In this document: one piece after another, positions 29,040 through 38,250 of the stretch
How the letters are laid out: every line of letters starts with the position of its first letter
How positions within the stretch are numbered: the first letter of the stretch is position 1
Assembly: GCA_965243025.1 (NCBI GenBank)
Contig: CBDETY010000003.1
Location: forward strand, 576,001 to 640,000
From: Candidatus Latescibacterota bacterium
GTDB taxonomy: Bacteria; Latescibacterota; UBA2968; UBA8231
Direction of reading: 5' to 3'
DNA: 64,000 bases
Position numbers and translations under genes: made by a program
Notes under the pieces: model-generated
Databases searched by the model: none
What the model was told of the DNA's origin: nothing
The model's input: the letters and a program-made list of their open reading frames with translations, nothing else

Positions 29040-29468
29040 ATGCAGTTCTGTTATCCAGCCAGGTTCGATCCCGATCATTCCGGCTCCATCATCGTCTCGT
29101 TCCGGGACTTTCCCGAATGTCTCACATCCGGCGCCGACATGGACTCCGCCCTCATGGAGGCTCGCGACGCGCTCGAGGAAGCGGTTGCCGGCCGAATCGA
29201 CGACGAGGAGCCCATCCCGGTTCCGAGCCCGCGACGTTCCGGCGAGCAGCTCATCGCCGTGCCCCCGGACATGGCCGCGAAGGCCGCTTTCGCCCTCGCG
29301 CTTCGTGCCAGCGGACATTCGCGTCTTGCTTTCGCCCGCCGCCTCGGTGTCGACGAAAAGGTCGTGAGACGCATGCTCGATCCGCGTCACCACACGGCAG
29401 CCAACCGTATTCACAAAGCCCTGCGAGCCCTCGGGCAGGAACTCATCGTGGAGTCTCGTGCTGCGTAA
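29040..29468 (+). CDS. hicB: HicB antitoxin, HTH type
   Basis: YPA, VSFRDFPECLTSG, EARDALE, PIPVPS, ARRLGV...RRMLDP. Confidence 0.9.
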   Translation: MQFCYPARFDPDHSGSIIVSFRDFPECLTSGADMDSALMEARDALEEAVAGRIDDEEPIPVPSPRRSGEQLIAVPPDMAAKAAFALALRASGHSRLAFARRLGVDEKVVRRMLDPRHHTAANRIHKALRALGQELIVESRAA

Positions 29469-29510
29469 TACCTGAATCGCCGCAACTTCGCAGAGCTTGG
29501 AGAGCCAACT

Positions 29511-29735
29511 GTGGGGCTGTCGAACGTGGCGCTGGCGTGGGTGCTCAAGCAGCGGGGGGTGACGTCGCTGTTGGCAGGGGCGCGGAATCCGGATGAACTC
29601 GCACGCAACCTGCCGGCGCTGGCGCTGGATCTGGACGCGGCGACGATTGCCGAACTGGAGCGGCAGAGCGAACCGGTCAAAGAGGCGATCGGGCGAAATC
29701 CGGATATGTGGTTTGCGGAGTCGCGAATGCGGTGA
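29511..29735 (+). pseudogene. C-terminal fragment of an aldo/keto reductase
   Basis: NVALAWVLKQRGVTSLLAGARNPDELARN; N-terminal barrel absent. Confidence 0.75.
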
Positions 29736-29774
29736 AGTGCAAAAGAACTGACAGGAGCGTTGCCCGGATTTCGG

Positions 29775-29798
29775 TGTTGTGTATGTTTATACACAACA
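29775..29798 (+). promoter_or_regulatory. Perfect inverted repeat upstream of hicA2, probable HicB (RHH) operator
   Basis: TGTTGTGTAT-GTTT-ATACACAACA; TGTGT/ACACA half-sites. Confidence 0.65.
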
Positions 29799-29808
29799 AG
29801 GAACAGTT

Positions 29809-30163
29809 GTGGAACGCAACAGCGGCAGGCTCATCCGAATGCTCCAACAGGACGGCTGGGTGCATGTCGCCACAAAGGGCAGCCACTGGCAGTTTACGCA
29901 TCCCGTTAAGCCGGGGCGCGTCACGGTGCCGCACCCGAACAGGACATCCCGCGCGGAACGGTGGCGTCGATATAGTGCCCCGTCGCAGAAATATCTCGAC
30001 ATTGGGATGCCGATCCATCCCGGCTCACGGCGTTGCCTTCGCTCGCCGTACACCCTCGGTACGACTCGCTCAGGCGCCTTGTGAGCCGGGCGCCTCGACA
30101 TCCCAATTTTGTCAATCTATCTCTGCGACGGGACACTAGCGGCAGGCAGGCTGGAAGGGGTAA
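29809..30163 (+). pseudogene. hicA: hicA pseudogene (frameshift plus MITE insertion)
   Basis: KGSHWQFTHPVKPGRVTVPHPN, 1-nt shift to DIPRGTVASI, insertion, then RQAGWKG* (30140-30163). Confidence 0.88.
29975..30136. mobile_element. 162-bp non-autonomous MITE-like element
   Basis: 19-bp terminal IRs (17/19 match) GTGCCCCGTCGCAGAAATA / TATCTCTGCGACGGGACAC, TA on both flanks, nested internal stems. Confidence 0.82.
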
Positions 30164-30175
30164 GGAGGACGACTG

Positions 30176-30577
30176 ATGCGCTACGTATCCTTCATCCACC
30201 GTGACGACGCCGGCTACGGGGTCAGCTTCCCCGACTTCCCGGGATGCGTCTCGGTCGGCGACACGGTTGACGACGCCGTCAGGCAGGGCGGCGAAGCCCT
30301 CGCGTTTCACGTTGAGGGACTTCGCGACGACGGCGAGCCGATTCCGGCGCCCCGCTCGATCGACGCCATCAAGGCCGACCCGGACCTCGCCGAGTGGCGG
30401 CGAGGCGCCGACTTCGTGCTGATCCCGCTCCTCCTGGACCGCGGATCCTCGCGGCGGGTCAACATCTCCCTGGACCGCGGCCTGCTCGAGGCAATCGACG
30501 ACGAGGCGAAGCAGCGCCGCATGACCCGGTCGGCCTTCCTGGCGACGGCAGCTCGACACGAGATCGAGGCCACCTGA
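30176..30577 (+). CDS. hicB: HicB antitoxin with C-terminal ribbon-helix-helix
   Basis: YGVSFPDFPGCVSVGDT, PIPAP, RVNISLD...MTRSAFL; RBS AAGGAGG. Confidence 0.92.
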   Translation: MRYVSFIHRDDAGYGVSFPDFPGCVSVGDTVDDAVRQGGEALAFHVEGLRDDGEPIPAPRSIDAIKADPDLAEWRRGADFVLIPLLLDRGSSRRVNISLDRGLLEAIDDEAKQRRMTRSAFLATAARHEIEAT

Positions 30578-30598
30578 CCGGAGGCGGAGGAGAGCGAT

Positions 30599-30799
30599 AT
30601 GACCGTGCCCGCATTCATTGCCTATTCGAGAGAGAGCGCCTACAAGCGGATCGATCACAAGAAGCAACTGTTTCTCGACAACGACGTCGTCGGGGTAGTC
30701 AAGAACGTCAAGCGCGGGGTTCACGAGCCGGCCAAATTACTATGGCGGCTCCTCCATGCACCACGCATCGCCGACGAACAATTCAAGCAACCCAGCTAG
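30599..30799 (+). CDS. Short hypothetical ORF or gene fragment
   Basis: 66 aa, RBS GGAGGAG, no recognised motif. Confidence 0.3.
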   Translation: MTVPAFIAYSRESAYKRIDHKKQLFLDNDVVGVVKNVKRGVHEPAKLLWRLLHAPRIADEQFKQPS

Positions 30800-30942
30800 G
30801 GTTGCGTGCCTGCGCCTGAAGCTCACCGATGGGTCGGGCTTCGATGCCATGGTTGCAGCTTCCGATGCCGATTCCGCCAGCCGGCGGCCATCTTGGTTGG
30901 TAGTGAGAGCCGGCCCCTTGTGCAGCTGTTCTATTCGCGGCT

Positions 30943-31956
30943 TCAGATCCGTGTCCGTCCTTGGTAGATGAGAGGATGAACAATCCCGACTTCCTCTATC
31001 GCAGCGTTGAGGTCGTCCGGGAGTACTCCCCGAAGCGCAGCAGACACATTGAATTCGACTTCCTGGAGATTGCTGAAACCGACAACGATGGACTGTTGCT
31101 TCTGCTCTGAAAGCATCCAGCGGATACAGAGTTCCGCCATGGGAATATCAGCGTCCGCCTGAATTTCGAGGAACCTTAAATAGGACGCCCTGAAAGTCTC
31201 GTCCATCCAATCGGGAGGACTCTCCCGCCATGCGAATTGGGGCGCGGCGAGCCAACCTTTCATCAATGGTGCCCCGATCACGACGCCTGCCTGCAGGTCT
31301 GAAGCAGTCGGGAACAGGAATTCGACAGCATTCCTGAAAACAGGGTTGAACTGATGCGCTGTCATGACGGAATCAACCCCGATCACTTTCAGGATGCGCG
31401 CCAGCACGCGTGCATTCTTGGCCGTCAATCCGGTAAAACGGGCCTTGCCGCTGCGCTTCGCATCTGCGAGGAATTTGACCGCCGGCGCATTTGAGAAGTC
31501 GTAGTCCGTGTCATCCTCGATGAGCGCACCCCAATCCACCGCATCTTCATTTTCGGGGATATCGTCAGTCCACCATTTCATGTAGTCCGCTTCGTGAATC
31601 TGAATGATGTCCACGTAGTCGGTCTGAAGCCGCTCGAGGGAATCCTCGAATTGCTCCATGAGCCGGGCGGCGCTGCGATGACTCTCCAGGCGGTAGCGCT
31701 CACGGTTTGTAAATCCCACTTTGGTAGCGAGGACGACCTCGTCTCGTTTTCCTTTCAAGGCCGCCCCCAGCATCGTTTCATCCCTGCCGTCCCCGTAGTT
31801 CGCGGCTGTGTCGAAATAGTTCACGCCGTGGTCGATCGCATGATCCACGCAACGGTTCACACCATCCTGCCCTTGCCCTGCCATAAAAGCAGAACCGAGC
31901 CCGAGCTCACTGACGTTGAGACCTGTCTTTCCCAGTTTGCGTGTTTTCATTGCCAT
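30943..31956 (-). CDS. Aldo/keto reductase
   Basis: LGKTGLNVSELGLG, YFDTAANYG, LATKV, SLERLQTDYVDIIQIH. Confidence 0.9.
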   Translation of the reverse strand: MAMKTRKLGKTGLNVSELGLGSAFMAGQGQDGVNRCVDHAIDHGVNYFDTAANYGDGRDETMLGAALKGKRDEVVLATKVGFTNRERYRLESHRSAARLMEQFEDSLERLQTDYVDIIQIHEADYMKWWTDDIPENEDAVDWGALIEDDTDYDFSNAPAVKFLADAKRSGKARFTGLTAKNARVLARILKVIGVDSVMTAHQFNPVFRNAVEFLFPTASDLQAGVVIGAPLMKGWLAAPQFAWRESPPDWMDETFRASYLRFLEIQADADIPMAELCIRWMLSEQKQQSIVVGFSNLQEVEFNVSAALRGVLPDDLNAAIEEVGIVHPLIYQGRTRI

Positions 31957-31992
31957 TGTTCGTTCTCGTATTGATTCGTCCGGTCCTTCTGC

Positions 31993-33624
31993 CTACCTGG
32001 CGCTGTCGCACCCCAGGACCATAACCTCGCACTGGTGCAGGGTAGGCCACGGGTCCGGGGTCTGCAGGCCCTCGAGCCCGACCAGGACGAGGTTCTCCCC
32101 CCTGCGGACCGGAGGGTCCTCCACCACGAGCCAGGCGCCGTACTGGTTCTCCAGCCTGCCGGCGCCGGCGAGCGGGACGTCGCGGCCGTTGACCCGGCAG
32201 AAGATCCGCTCCATGCAGGCTTCGCCATCGGTCAGGCGCAGGCGCAGCTCGGTGCCGAGTATGCGGCCGTCGGCGAGGCCGGCCTCGATGTCGTCCTCGA
32301 TACACAGGCTCATCTCGTACCCGGGACCGCCGGTGGCGCGCGCCGGCATGCTCAGGTCGCGGGGCACCTGCGGGTGGTGGTCGCCGGGGGAGTGGTGGAC
32401 GGCCCCGCCGAGGGCTGAATCCGACACCGAGTAGCTGCGGTCCCGGCGCGCCAGCCGTTGCGGATCGGCGAGGTCGGTCAGCAGGGCGAGGTGGTCGTCG
32501 TTGTACTCCTCTCCCTCGAACGGGGAGGCGCGGTGGTGCCGGTAGTCGTAGTTGAAGACGTAGACCCCAGAGGCCCCCTGCTCGTACCCGTTCAGCGCCG
32601 CCCCCCGCAGGACCGCGGGCACGCCGCGGTCGTACCCCTCGTGCGGCGAGGTCAGGTGGGTGGCGCCGTCGAAGCCGACGTAGACCGGCACCCCGCTCTC
32701 CGCGGCGCACGCGACCGCCTCGGCGATGTCGAACCGGGCCGGACAGTAGGACGAGGAGGAGAGCACGAAGAGGTCGGCCACCGGCTCGCGGATCCAGGCC
32801 GGAGCGTCGATGCCGATGGCGCGGGCCTCGGCCAGGCAGGGAGGGACGCGGGCGATCAGGGAGACCGGCTTCGGCTTGCTTTCGCCGTGGCCGCGCACGA
32901 TGGAGTGGGCCTCGCGCATGAACTCCGTGAGGGTGTCGAGGTTGTCGAGCAGGCGCCCGGGCCGGAAGTAGGGGGGGCCTCGCATCCAGTCGAGCTCGAC
33001 GCCGTCGAAGTCGTAGCGCTCCAGGGTCTCGTCGACGAGCCCGAGGAAGCGATCGCGCACCTCCTCCTGCTCGTAGTCCCACTGCCAGCAGAAGTTCCAG
33101 CGGTCGGCGCCCCCGGCCCGCGTCGGCGTTGGGGAGCCGATCAGCAGGTCGGGCCGCGACCTCTTGTGGCGGCTGCGCACCTGCCACTCGCGCGCCTCGT
33201 CCGAGGTGTGGGCGTCGTTCATCCGGATCGAGGCTATCGCCGCGATGCCGCGGCGGCGGCAGCCGTCGATGTAGATCTGCATCAGCTCGCGGCCGTCGGC
33301 GACGACGGCGTCCATGCAGTTGTAAAGCTGTTCGAGGCGGCTCAGCTCGAAGCCGCCGGCGGTCATCTTGCGCACCGGGTTGCCCTCGGCGTCGACGTCG
33401 GGGTCGGGGTCCCAGACCTCGGTGTCGTCTCCCCACATGGCCGAGTGCGGGCTGCCGCGCCAGACGACGTCGTCGTCGATGCCGATGAGCCCGGCGAGGG
33501 CGTCGACCCCGGCAGGGACCAGGGCCTCGAGCTGACGGGTGACGCCGCCGGGGTTGCGGTCCGGCAGGTAGTGGAGCATCCAGTTGCCGTCGGTGTTGAA
33601 GATCAGGCGCGGGAGTCTGGTCAT
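31993..33624 (-). CDS. Glycoside hydrolase-like 10 (DUF187-type TIM barrel) hypothetical protein
   Basis: IFNTDG, SIRMNDAH, DYEQEEVR, YDFDGVELDWMR, GVYVFNY. Confidence 0.65.
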   Translation of the reverse strand: MTRLPRLIFNTDGNWMLHYLPDRNPGGVTRQLEALVPAGVDALAGLIGIDDDVVWRGSPHSAMWGDDTEVWDPDPDVDAEGNPVRKMTAGGFELSRLEQLYNCMDAVVADGRELMQIYIDGCRRRGIAAIASIRMNDAHTSDEAREWQVRSRHKRSRPDLLIGSPTPTRAGGADRWNFCWQWDYEQEEVRDRFLGLVDETLERYDFDGVELDWMRGPPYFRPGRLLDNLDTLTEFMREAHSIVRGHGESKPKPVSLIARVPPCLAEARAIGIDAPAWIREPVADLFVLSSSSYCPARFDIAEAVACAAESGVPVYVGFDGATHLTSPHEGYDRGVPAVLRGAALNGYEQGASGVYVFNYDYRHHRASPFEGEEYNDDHLALLTDLADPQRLARRDRSYSVSDSALGGAVHHSPGDHHPQVPRDLSMPARATGGPGYEMSLCIEDDIEAGLADGRILGTELRLRLTDGEACMERIFCRVNGRDVPLAGAGRLENQYGAWLVVEDPPVRRGENLVLVGLEGLQTPDPWPTLHQCEVMVLGCDSAR

Positions 33625-33817
33625 CGCGGTCTCCGTTGCTTCGATTATGGGGGCGGGCGGAACCCGAGCCGGCATCTGTCCGGATCGGGTTCTGTTTTTT
33701 CGCGGGCCCTGGCGCCTTGACGGATGCCTTGCCCGTCCCGGTCGGCGGGAGCGGTTCCCGGAGCGCAGGGGCCGCCAAAATAGCTTACCCCACAGTCGCG
33801 TGAAACGGAGAGCGAAC

Positions 33818-35017
33818 ATGTACCGAACCGAACTCGTCCTGAACCGGAACTACCGCCCGGGAGCCCCCTACGGCCCGGAACAGCAGGCCCTCCTCAACTC
33901 GGGGACGATTGCCGCGGTCAGGGAAGAAGTCAGCTCCTGGCCGGGGTACGAGCCGACGCCCCTGGTCCGGCTCGACGGCCGCGCCGCGGCCTCGGGGATC
34001 GCCCGAATGTGGTGCAAGCACGAAGGGCCGCGTTTCGACATCGGCAGCTTCAAGCCGACCGGACCGACCTACGCCATGCTGACCGTGCTGCGCGGGGAGA
34101 TCGAGAAGGCCGCCGGGGTCGAACACGTGCCGACGCGGGAGCTGCTCGACGGCAGGTTCACCGAGGCGGCCGCCGGGGTCACGGTTTGCGCCGCCACCTC
34201 GGGCAACCACGGCCGCGCCCTGGCCTGGGGGGCGCGTATGTTCGGCTGCCGCTGCATCATCTACATGAACGACAAGGTGAGCCGGGGAAGGGAAGAGGTG
34301 ATCGCCTCCTTCGGAGCCGAGGTGGTGCGCGTCCCCGGCTCTTTCGACCGGGCGGTGCAGCGCTCGTTCGAGGACGCCGAGGAGAACGGCTACTTCGTCA
34401 TCTGCGACCGGCAGCGGCGCTACCCCGAGGTGCCGCTGCGGATCATCCAGGGGTACGCCCTGGTCGGGGAGGAGATCGCCTCGCAGCTGCCCCAGGCCCC
34501 GACGCATCTCTTCGTGCCGGGGGGCAGCGGCAAGCTCGCATCAGCCGTGTGCGCGCGCCTGTGGGAGCGCTACGGAGCGGCGCACCCGCGGGTGGTCACC
34601 GTCGAGCCGGAAGACTCGGCCTGCCTGCGCCAGAGCGCTCTCGCCGGCAGGGCCGTGGAAGTGGGGGGCGACGCCAGCACGGTCATGGACGGACTCGTCG
34701 TCGGCAAGGCCTGCGCCAACGCCTGGACGATCCTGGGGTCAGGGGCCTTCGCCTTCATGACGGTGGAGGACCGGGCCGCGACCGACGCCATGCGCCAGGC
34801 TGCCGAAGGGGCGGACGGGGACCCCGGGGTCGTGCTCGGGGACACCGGGAGCGCCGGCTGGGCGGGGTTCCTGGCCGCCTCGAGCGATCCCCGCCTGCGC
34901 GAGCAGCTGGGGCTGGACTCGGACAGCCGCGTGGTAATCGTGGCGACCGAAGGGGCTACCGACCCGGAGGTGTACCAGGGGATCGTCGGCAGGAGCCCGG
35001 AAGAGGTGGGGAGATAA
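33818..35017 (+). CDS. Diaminopropionate ammonia-lyase-like PLP enzyme
   Basis: YEPTPL, GSFK, ATSGNHGR, IQGY, TVMDGL, ATEGATDP. Confidence 0.82.
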   Translation: MYRTELVLNRNYRPGAPYGPEQQALLNSGTIAAVREEVSSWPGYEPTPLVRLDGRAAASGIARMWCKHEGPRFDIGSFKPTGPTYAMLTVLRGEIEKAAGVEHVPTRELLDGRFTEAAAGVTVCAATSGNHGRALAWGARMFGCRCIIYMNDKVSRGREEVIASFGAEVVRVPGSFDRAVQRSFEDAEENGYFVICDRQRRYPEVPLRIIQGYALVGEEIASQLPQAPTHLFVPGGSGKLASAVCARLWERYGAAHPRVVTVEPEDSACLRQSALAGRAVEVGGDASTVMDGLVVGKACANAWTILGSGAFAFMTVEDRAATDAMRQAAEGADGDPGVVLGDTGSAGWAGFLAASSDPRLREQLGLDSDSRVVIVATEGATDPEVYQGIVGRSPEEVGR

Positions 35018-35230
35018 CCAGGGAAGTCACCTTTCCTCCAGCGCGTTCAGGGCCAGGCCCACGTCGAACACGAAACGCTTACCCTGCGCCTCCATTTCGA
35101 TAAAGGTCCCCCGGATTCCCTCGGTCCCTGTGAATGCAAACCCTCAGATTTGGTTCGGGAGAAAATGTGAGGGCACTCAGCGTCTTGACCGGGAGTCCAA
35201 AAAAGGTGCCTCCTTTTTCCTTTACTTTAG

Positions 35231-35368
35231 AAGGACGGCTTCGTGACCCTGCCCGACACCCCCGGCCCCGGGATCGAGCTGAACGAGGTGGTTGCCCGGG
35301 CCCACCCCTGCGTTCCGCCGCTCCGCCCGGAGCTGAGGTTCGAGGACGGGTCGGTGGAGGACAACTGA
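35231..35368 (+). pseudogene. 3' fragment of a galactonate dehydratase-like enolase gene
   Basis: KDGFVTLPDTPGPGIELNE...RFEDGSVEDN*; in-frame TAG just upstream. Confidence 0.7.
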
Positions 35369-35494
35369 ATGGCACGTGTCGCCTCGGTCTCCATGCACAG
35401 CGCCATGGGCGACCCCGCGACCAACCTCGGCCGGATTGCCAGGTGGTCGAGAAAGGCTCACGAGCAAGGGGCCGCGTTTGCGCTCTTTCCCGAA
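35369..35494 (+). pseudogene. 5' fragment of a carbon-nitrogen hydrolase (nitrilase family)
   Basis: MARVASVSM...GDPATNL...GAAFALFPE, ending at the catalytic FPE motif. Confidence 0.7.
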
Positions 35495-35496
35495 CG

Positions 35497-35808
35497 CGGG
35501 TCCGGCTCGACTTCGACTGCCGCACCGGCAAGAGCCTGCTGGCCACCGCCACCGACTTCGCCCTCACCGGCAAGCTCGGCGGCTCCAAAGCCAGCTTCAC
35601 CATCGGTGAGCTGCTGAAGGGGGGCCGTGGCTGGCCCGTCGACGGGCTGCCCACCTGGATCGTCGCCCACCGGGCCCTGCCCCCGGCGCTCTACGCCCTC
35701 GCGGGCCACTTCATCGACCCGGGCGGGAGCCCGTCCTGCTGCTACCTGCGCGTAACCCAGGACAACGGCCAGATGGCCTGGAGCAGCCCCATCTGGTTCG
35801 AGGACTGA
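35497..35808 (+). pseudogene. 3' fragment of a DUF3604/CehA-McbA-like PHP hydrolase
   Basis: C-terminal YLRVTQDNGQMAWSSPIWF* signature. Confidence 0.65.
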
Positions 35809-35887
35809 CGGGACGCATCCATCAGCCGGGTTCCCCGCTTTCACGGCTGTTTTCAAGCTCAAATACTGACTAAGGAGGCACATCTGA

Positions 35888-36925
35888 ATGCCTGAATCGA
35901 AGATCCGGATTGGTATCGTTGGTGCAGGTGGCGTCGGGGGACTTGGAGGAAGAGATAACTCACATGCCGGTGGGTATCGGCGATGTGGGGAAGTTGAGCT
36001 GGCGGCTGTCGCTGATATTAACAGCGAACGCCTGCAACAGTTCGGCGACGAATGGGAGATCGCGCCCGAGCATCGCTACAGCACCGCACAAGAGATGTAC
36101 GACAAGGCGAATCTGGACATCGTGAGCGTGACCACCCATAACTTCCATCATCACGAGCCAGTCATTGAGGCGGCGGCAGCGGGGATTAAGGTGATTATGG
36201 TGGAAAAACCGCTCGCAATCAGCGTCGAATGGGGACGGAAAATGGTCGAAGCGTGCGAAGCCAACGGGTGTCGGTTGGCTGTGGATCACACACGGCGTTT
36301 CCTGCCCCATTACCGCAGGCTGAAAAAGATGGTCGATGACGGAGCGGTGGGAGAGGTGCGAACCATCACTTACTCCGGTGCCCGTCCCTTGCTGCATAAC
36401 GGCACACACACGGTGGACTACGCGTTCTACTTCACATCCGCGCAACCCAAGCTGGTATCGGGTTTCCTCAGCGATGAACCTGTTGCAGATCCGGGTGGTG
36501 GAGGGATGGTAGTCTGCGAGGGCGGTGTGGTTGTCTTTATCAACTGCATCCCGACGCGCAAGGAATCTCTCAGTGATGTCATCATCGGAGGGACGGCGGG
36601 ACAGATCCATTTTTGTGAGCGGCGGGGGATCTGGGAGTATGGCCCTCTCGTTGATGCGAGCGAAGGGTATGGGTCACGCTACGACTTTGCGCCGCTGCCC
36701 GATATGCCCGAAACCCTTGTCCTTGATGACTATTTCTACAATGCAGCGCGAGAGGCAGTCGATTGTTTGTTGGAGGATCGGGAGAGCGTATCAACCGGGC
36801 GTGACGGACTGAAGGCGCTGGAAGTTATCACCGCCATGCACATCTCGCATAAAACCGGGACGCAGGTTCCCTTGCCATTAGGCGAAGGGCTTGACAACGT
36901 TGAAATCCGATCGACGGGACAGTAA
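35888..36925 (+). CDS. Gfo/Idh/MocA family oxidoreductase
   Basis: IGIVGAG, VEKPLA, HNGTHTVD, DGLKALEV; RBS AAGGAGG. Confidence 0.9.
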   Translation: MPESKIRIGIVGAGGVGGLGGRDNSHAGGYRRCGEVELAAVADINSERLQQFGDEWEIAPEHRYSTAQEMYDKANLDIVSVTTHNFHHHEPVIEAAAAGIKVIMVEKPLAISVEWGRKMVEACEANGCRLAVDHTRRFLPHYRRLKKMVDDGAVGEVRTITYSGARPLLHNGTHTVDYAFYFTSAQPKLVSGFLSDEPVADPGGGGMVVCEGGVVVFINCIPTRKESLSDVIIGGTAGQIHFCERRGIWEYGPLVDASEGYGSRYDFAPLPDMPETLVLDDYFYNAAREAVDCLLEDRESVSTGRDGLKALEVITAMHISHKTGTQVPLPLGEGLDNVEIRSTGQ

Positions 36926-36961
36926 GGCTCTCCGAAGCCCCGTACTCCAATTCGCAGAAGT

Positions 36962-38095
36962 TCAAGATGTGCCGAAATGATCGGAGCCGGGCATGAGATG
37001 TTCGTTCGCTGTTTCTGCATTTATTTCAACGCCCAATCCCGGCTGCTCCGGCACCACGAACGCATTTTCTTGAATGAGAGGTTCGTTCGAAATTGCCAGA
37101 TCCCACCGCCATTCAACCTGATCGGCATGATACGGGAGTTCCATGACGATGAAATTCCGCACCGCGGCACAGACGTGTGCCGTTGCCGTCATGCCAATCG
37201 GTGATGTGATGTTGTGTGCGGCAAACGGCAGAAAATACAGATCCGCCAGATCCGCAATCTTCTTTGCTTCAAGCATTCCTCCCGTTCCAGATACATCGAC
37301 ATGGAGCATATCGCAGGCTTGTGTCTGGATCAGTTCTCTGAAACCATCTCTACGAAACAGGAACTCACCGGTACAAATCGGAATAGAAGTCGCAGCGCTG
37401 ACCTTCGCCATCGCGTCGACATTGTCGTTCGGCACCGGATCCTCCAAAAACATCAAACCGAACGGTTCTAAAAGTTCCGAGAGCTTCATCGCTGAATTAA
37501 CGCTGAATAAACCATGGCAATCGATGCTGATATCGATCTCGTCACCGGCAGCTTCTCGTGCAGCAGCAACCAACGATGTCATTTTCTGCAACTCTGCCGT
37601 GCTTAATTCCCGGTTGACTGCATCATGCTTGAGCTCGTTCGCGGAGTTGTCAACATCGAACTTGATCGCCTGGTAGCCGTCTTCAACGCCTTCCCTTGCT
37701 CGCTGTGCCCAACCCTCCGGGGTATTTCCTTTTCCATGCCCTACATCGGCATAGAGCCGGATGCGGTCTCGATACTTCCCTCCCAATAACTGGTAGACCG
37801 GCACCCCGAGGCTTTTTCCGAGCAGATCCCACAACGCGGTTTCTATCCCGCCAATCGCCGATAAACCTATTCCGTATCGATTACTCGCTGCCTCAACCAT
37901 GCGGTTGTAGAGCGGTTCTACATTTCTCGGATCCTCGCCGACGAGTATCCGCTTGAATTGCAGGACAATTTCCGCGATCCCCGCGCCTGGGTGGGCCTCA
38001 CCTATCCCCGTCAATCCCTCGTCGGTTTCAATCTGAACGTAGTTCCACTGTTTGTAACCTTTCAAGGTCATCGCTTTCACATCGGCGATTTTCAT
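36962..38095 (-). CDS. Mandelate racemase/MLE family, acid-sugar dehydratase-like
   Basis: ETALWDLLGK, LLGGKYRD, AIKFD, IDCH, LEDP, TGE, AAHN. Confidence 0.88.
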   Translation of the reverse strand: MKIADVKAMTLKGYKQWNYVQIETDEGLTGIGEAHPGAGIAEIVLQFKRILVGEDPRNVEPLYNRMVEAASNRYGIGLSAIGGIETALWDLLGKSLGVPVYQLLGGKYRDRIRLYADVGHGKGNTPEGWAQRAREGVEDGYQAIKFDVDNSANELKHDAVNRELSTAELQKMTSLVAAAREAAGDEIDISIDCHGLFSVNSAMKLSELLEPFGLMFLEDPVPNDNVDAMAKVSAATSIPICTGEFLFRRDGFRELIQTQACDMLHVDVSGTGGMLEAKKIADLADLYFLPFAAHNITSPIGMTATAHVCAAVRNFIVMELPYHADQVEWRWDLAISNEPLIQENAFVVPEQPGLGVEINAETANEHLMPGSDHFGTS

Positions 38096-38250
38096 GTCTG
38101 TTTCCTTTCGCAGATGAAATCGGTTGAAAATCAATCGGTGTTGCGCCCCGCCCGAGGTCCGGACCGGCGAGGGGCAAAGAAGCTGCGCCCCCGGACCGTC
38201 CACAACCCGGCCCTTGCCGCCGGCTGAGCCCGTGGGTTTCCTTTGCCGCC

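Noticed and set aside
29930-29975. Programmed frameshift or stop read-through rescuing hicA2
   Set aside because: No slippery sequence at the shift, and the downstream stop and MITE would still truncate the toxin.
35079-35097. CCCTGCGCCTCCA resembling a tRNA/tmRNA 3' end (att site)
   Set aside because: No T-arm or cloverleaf, no CCA end, no second copy seen, and no integrase.
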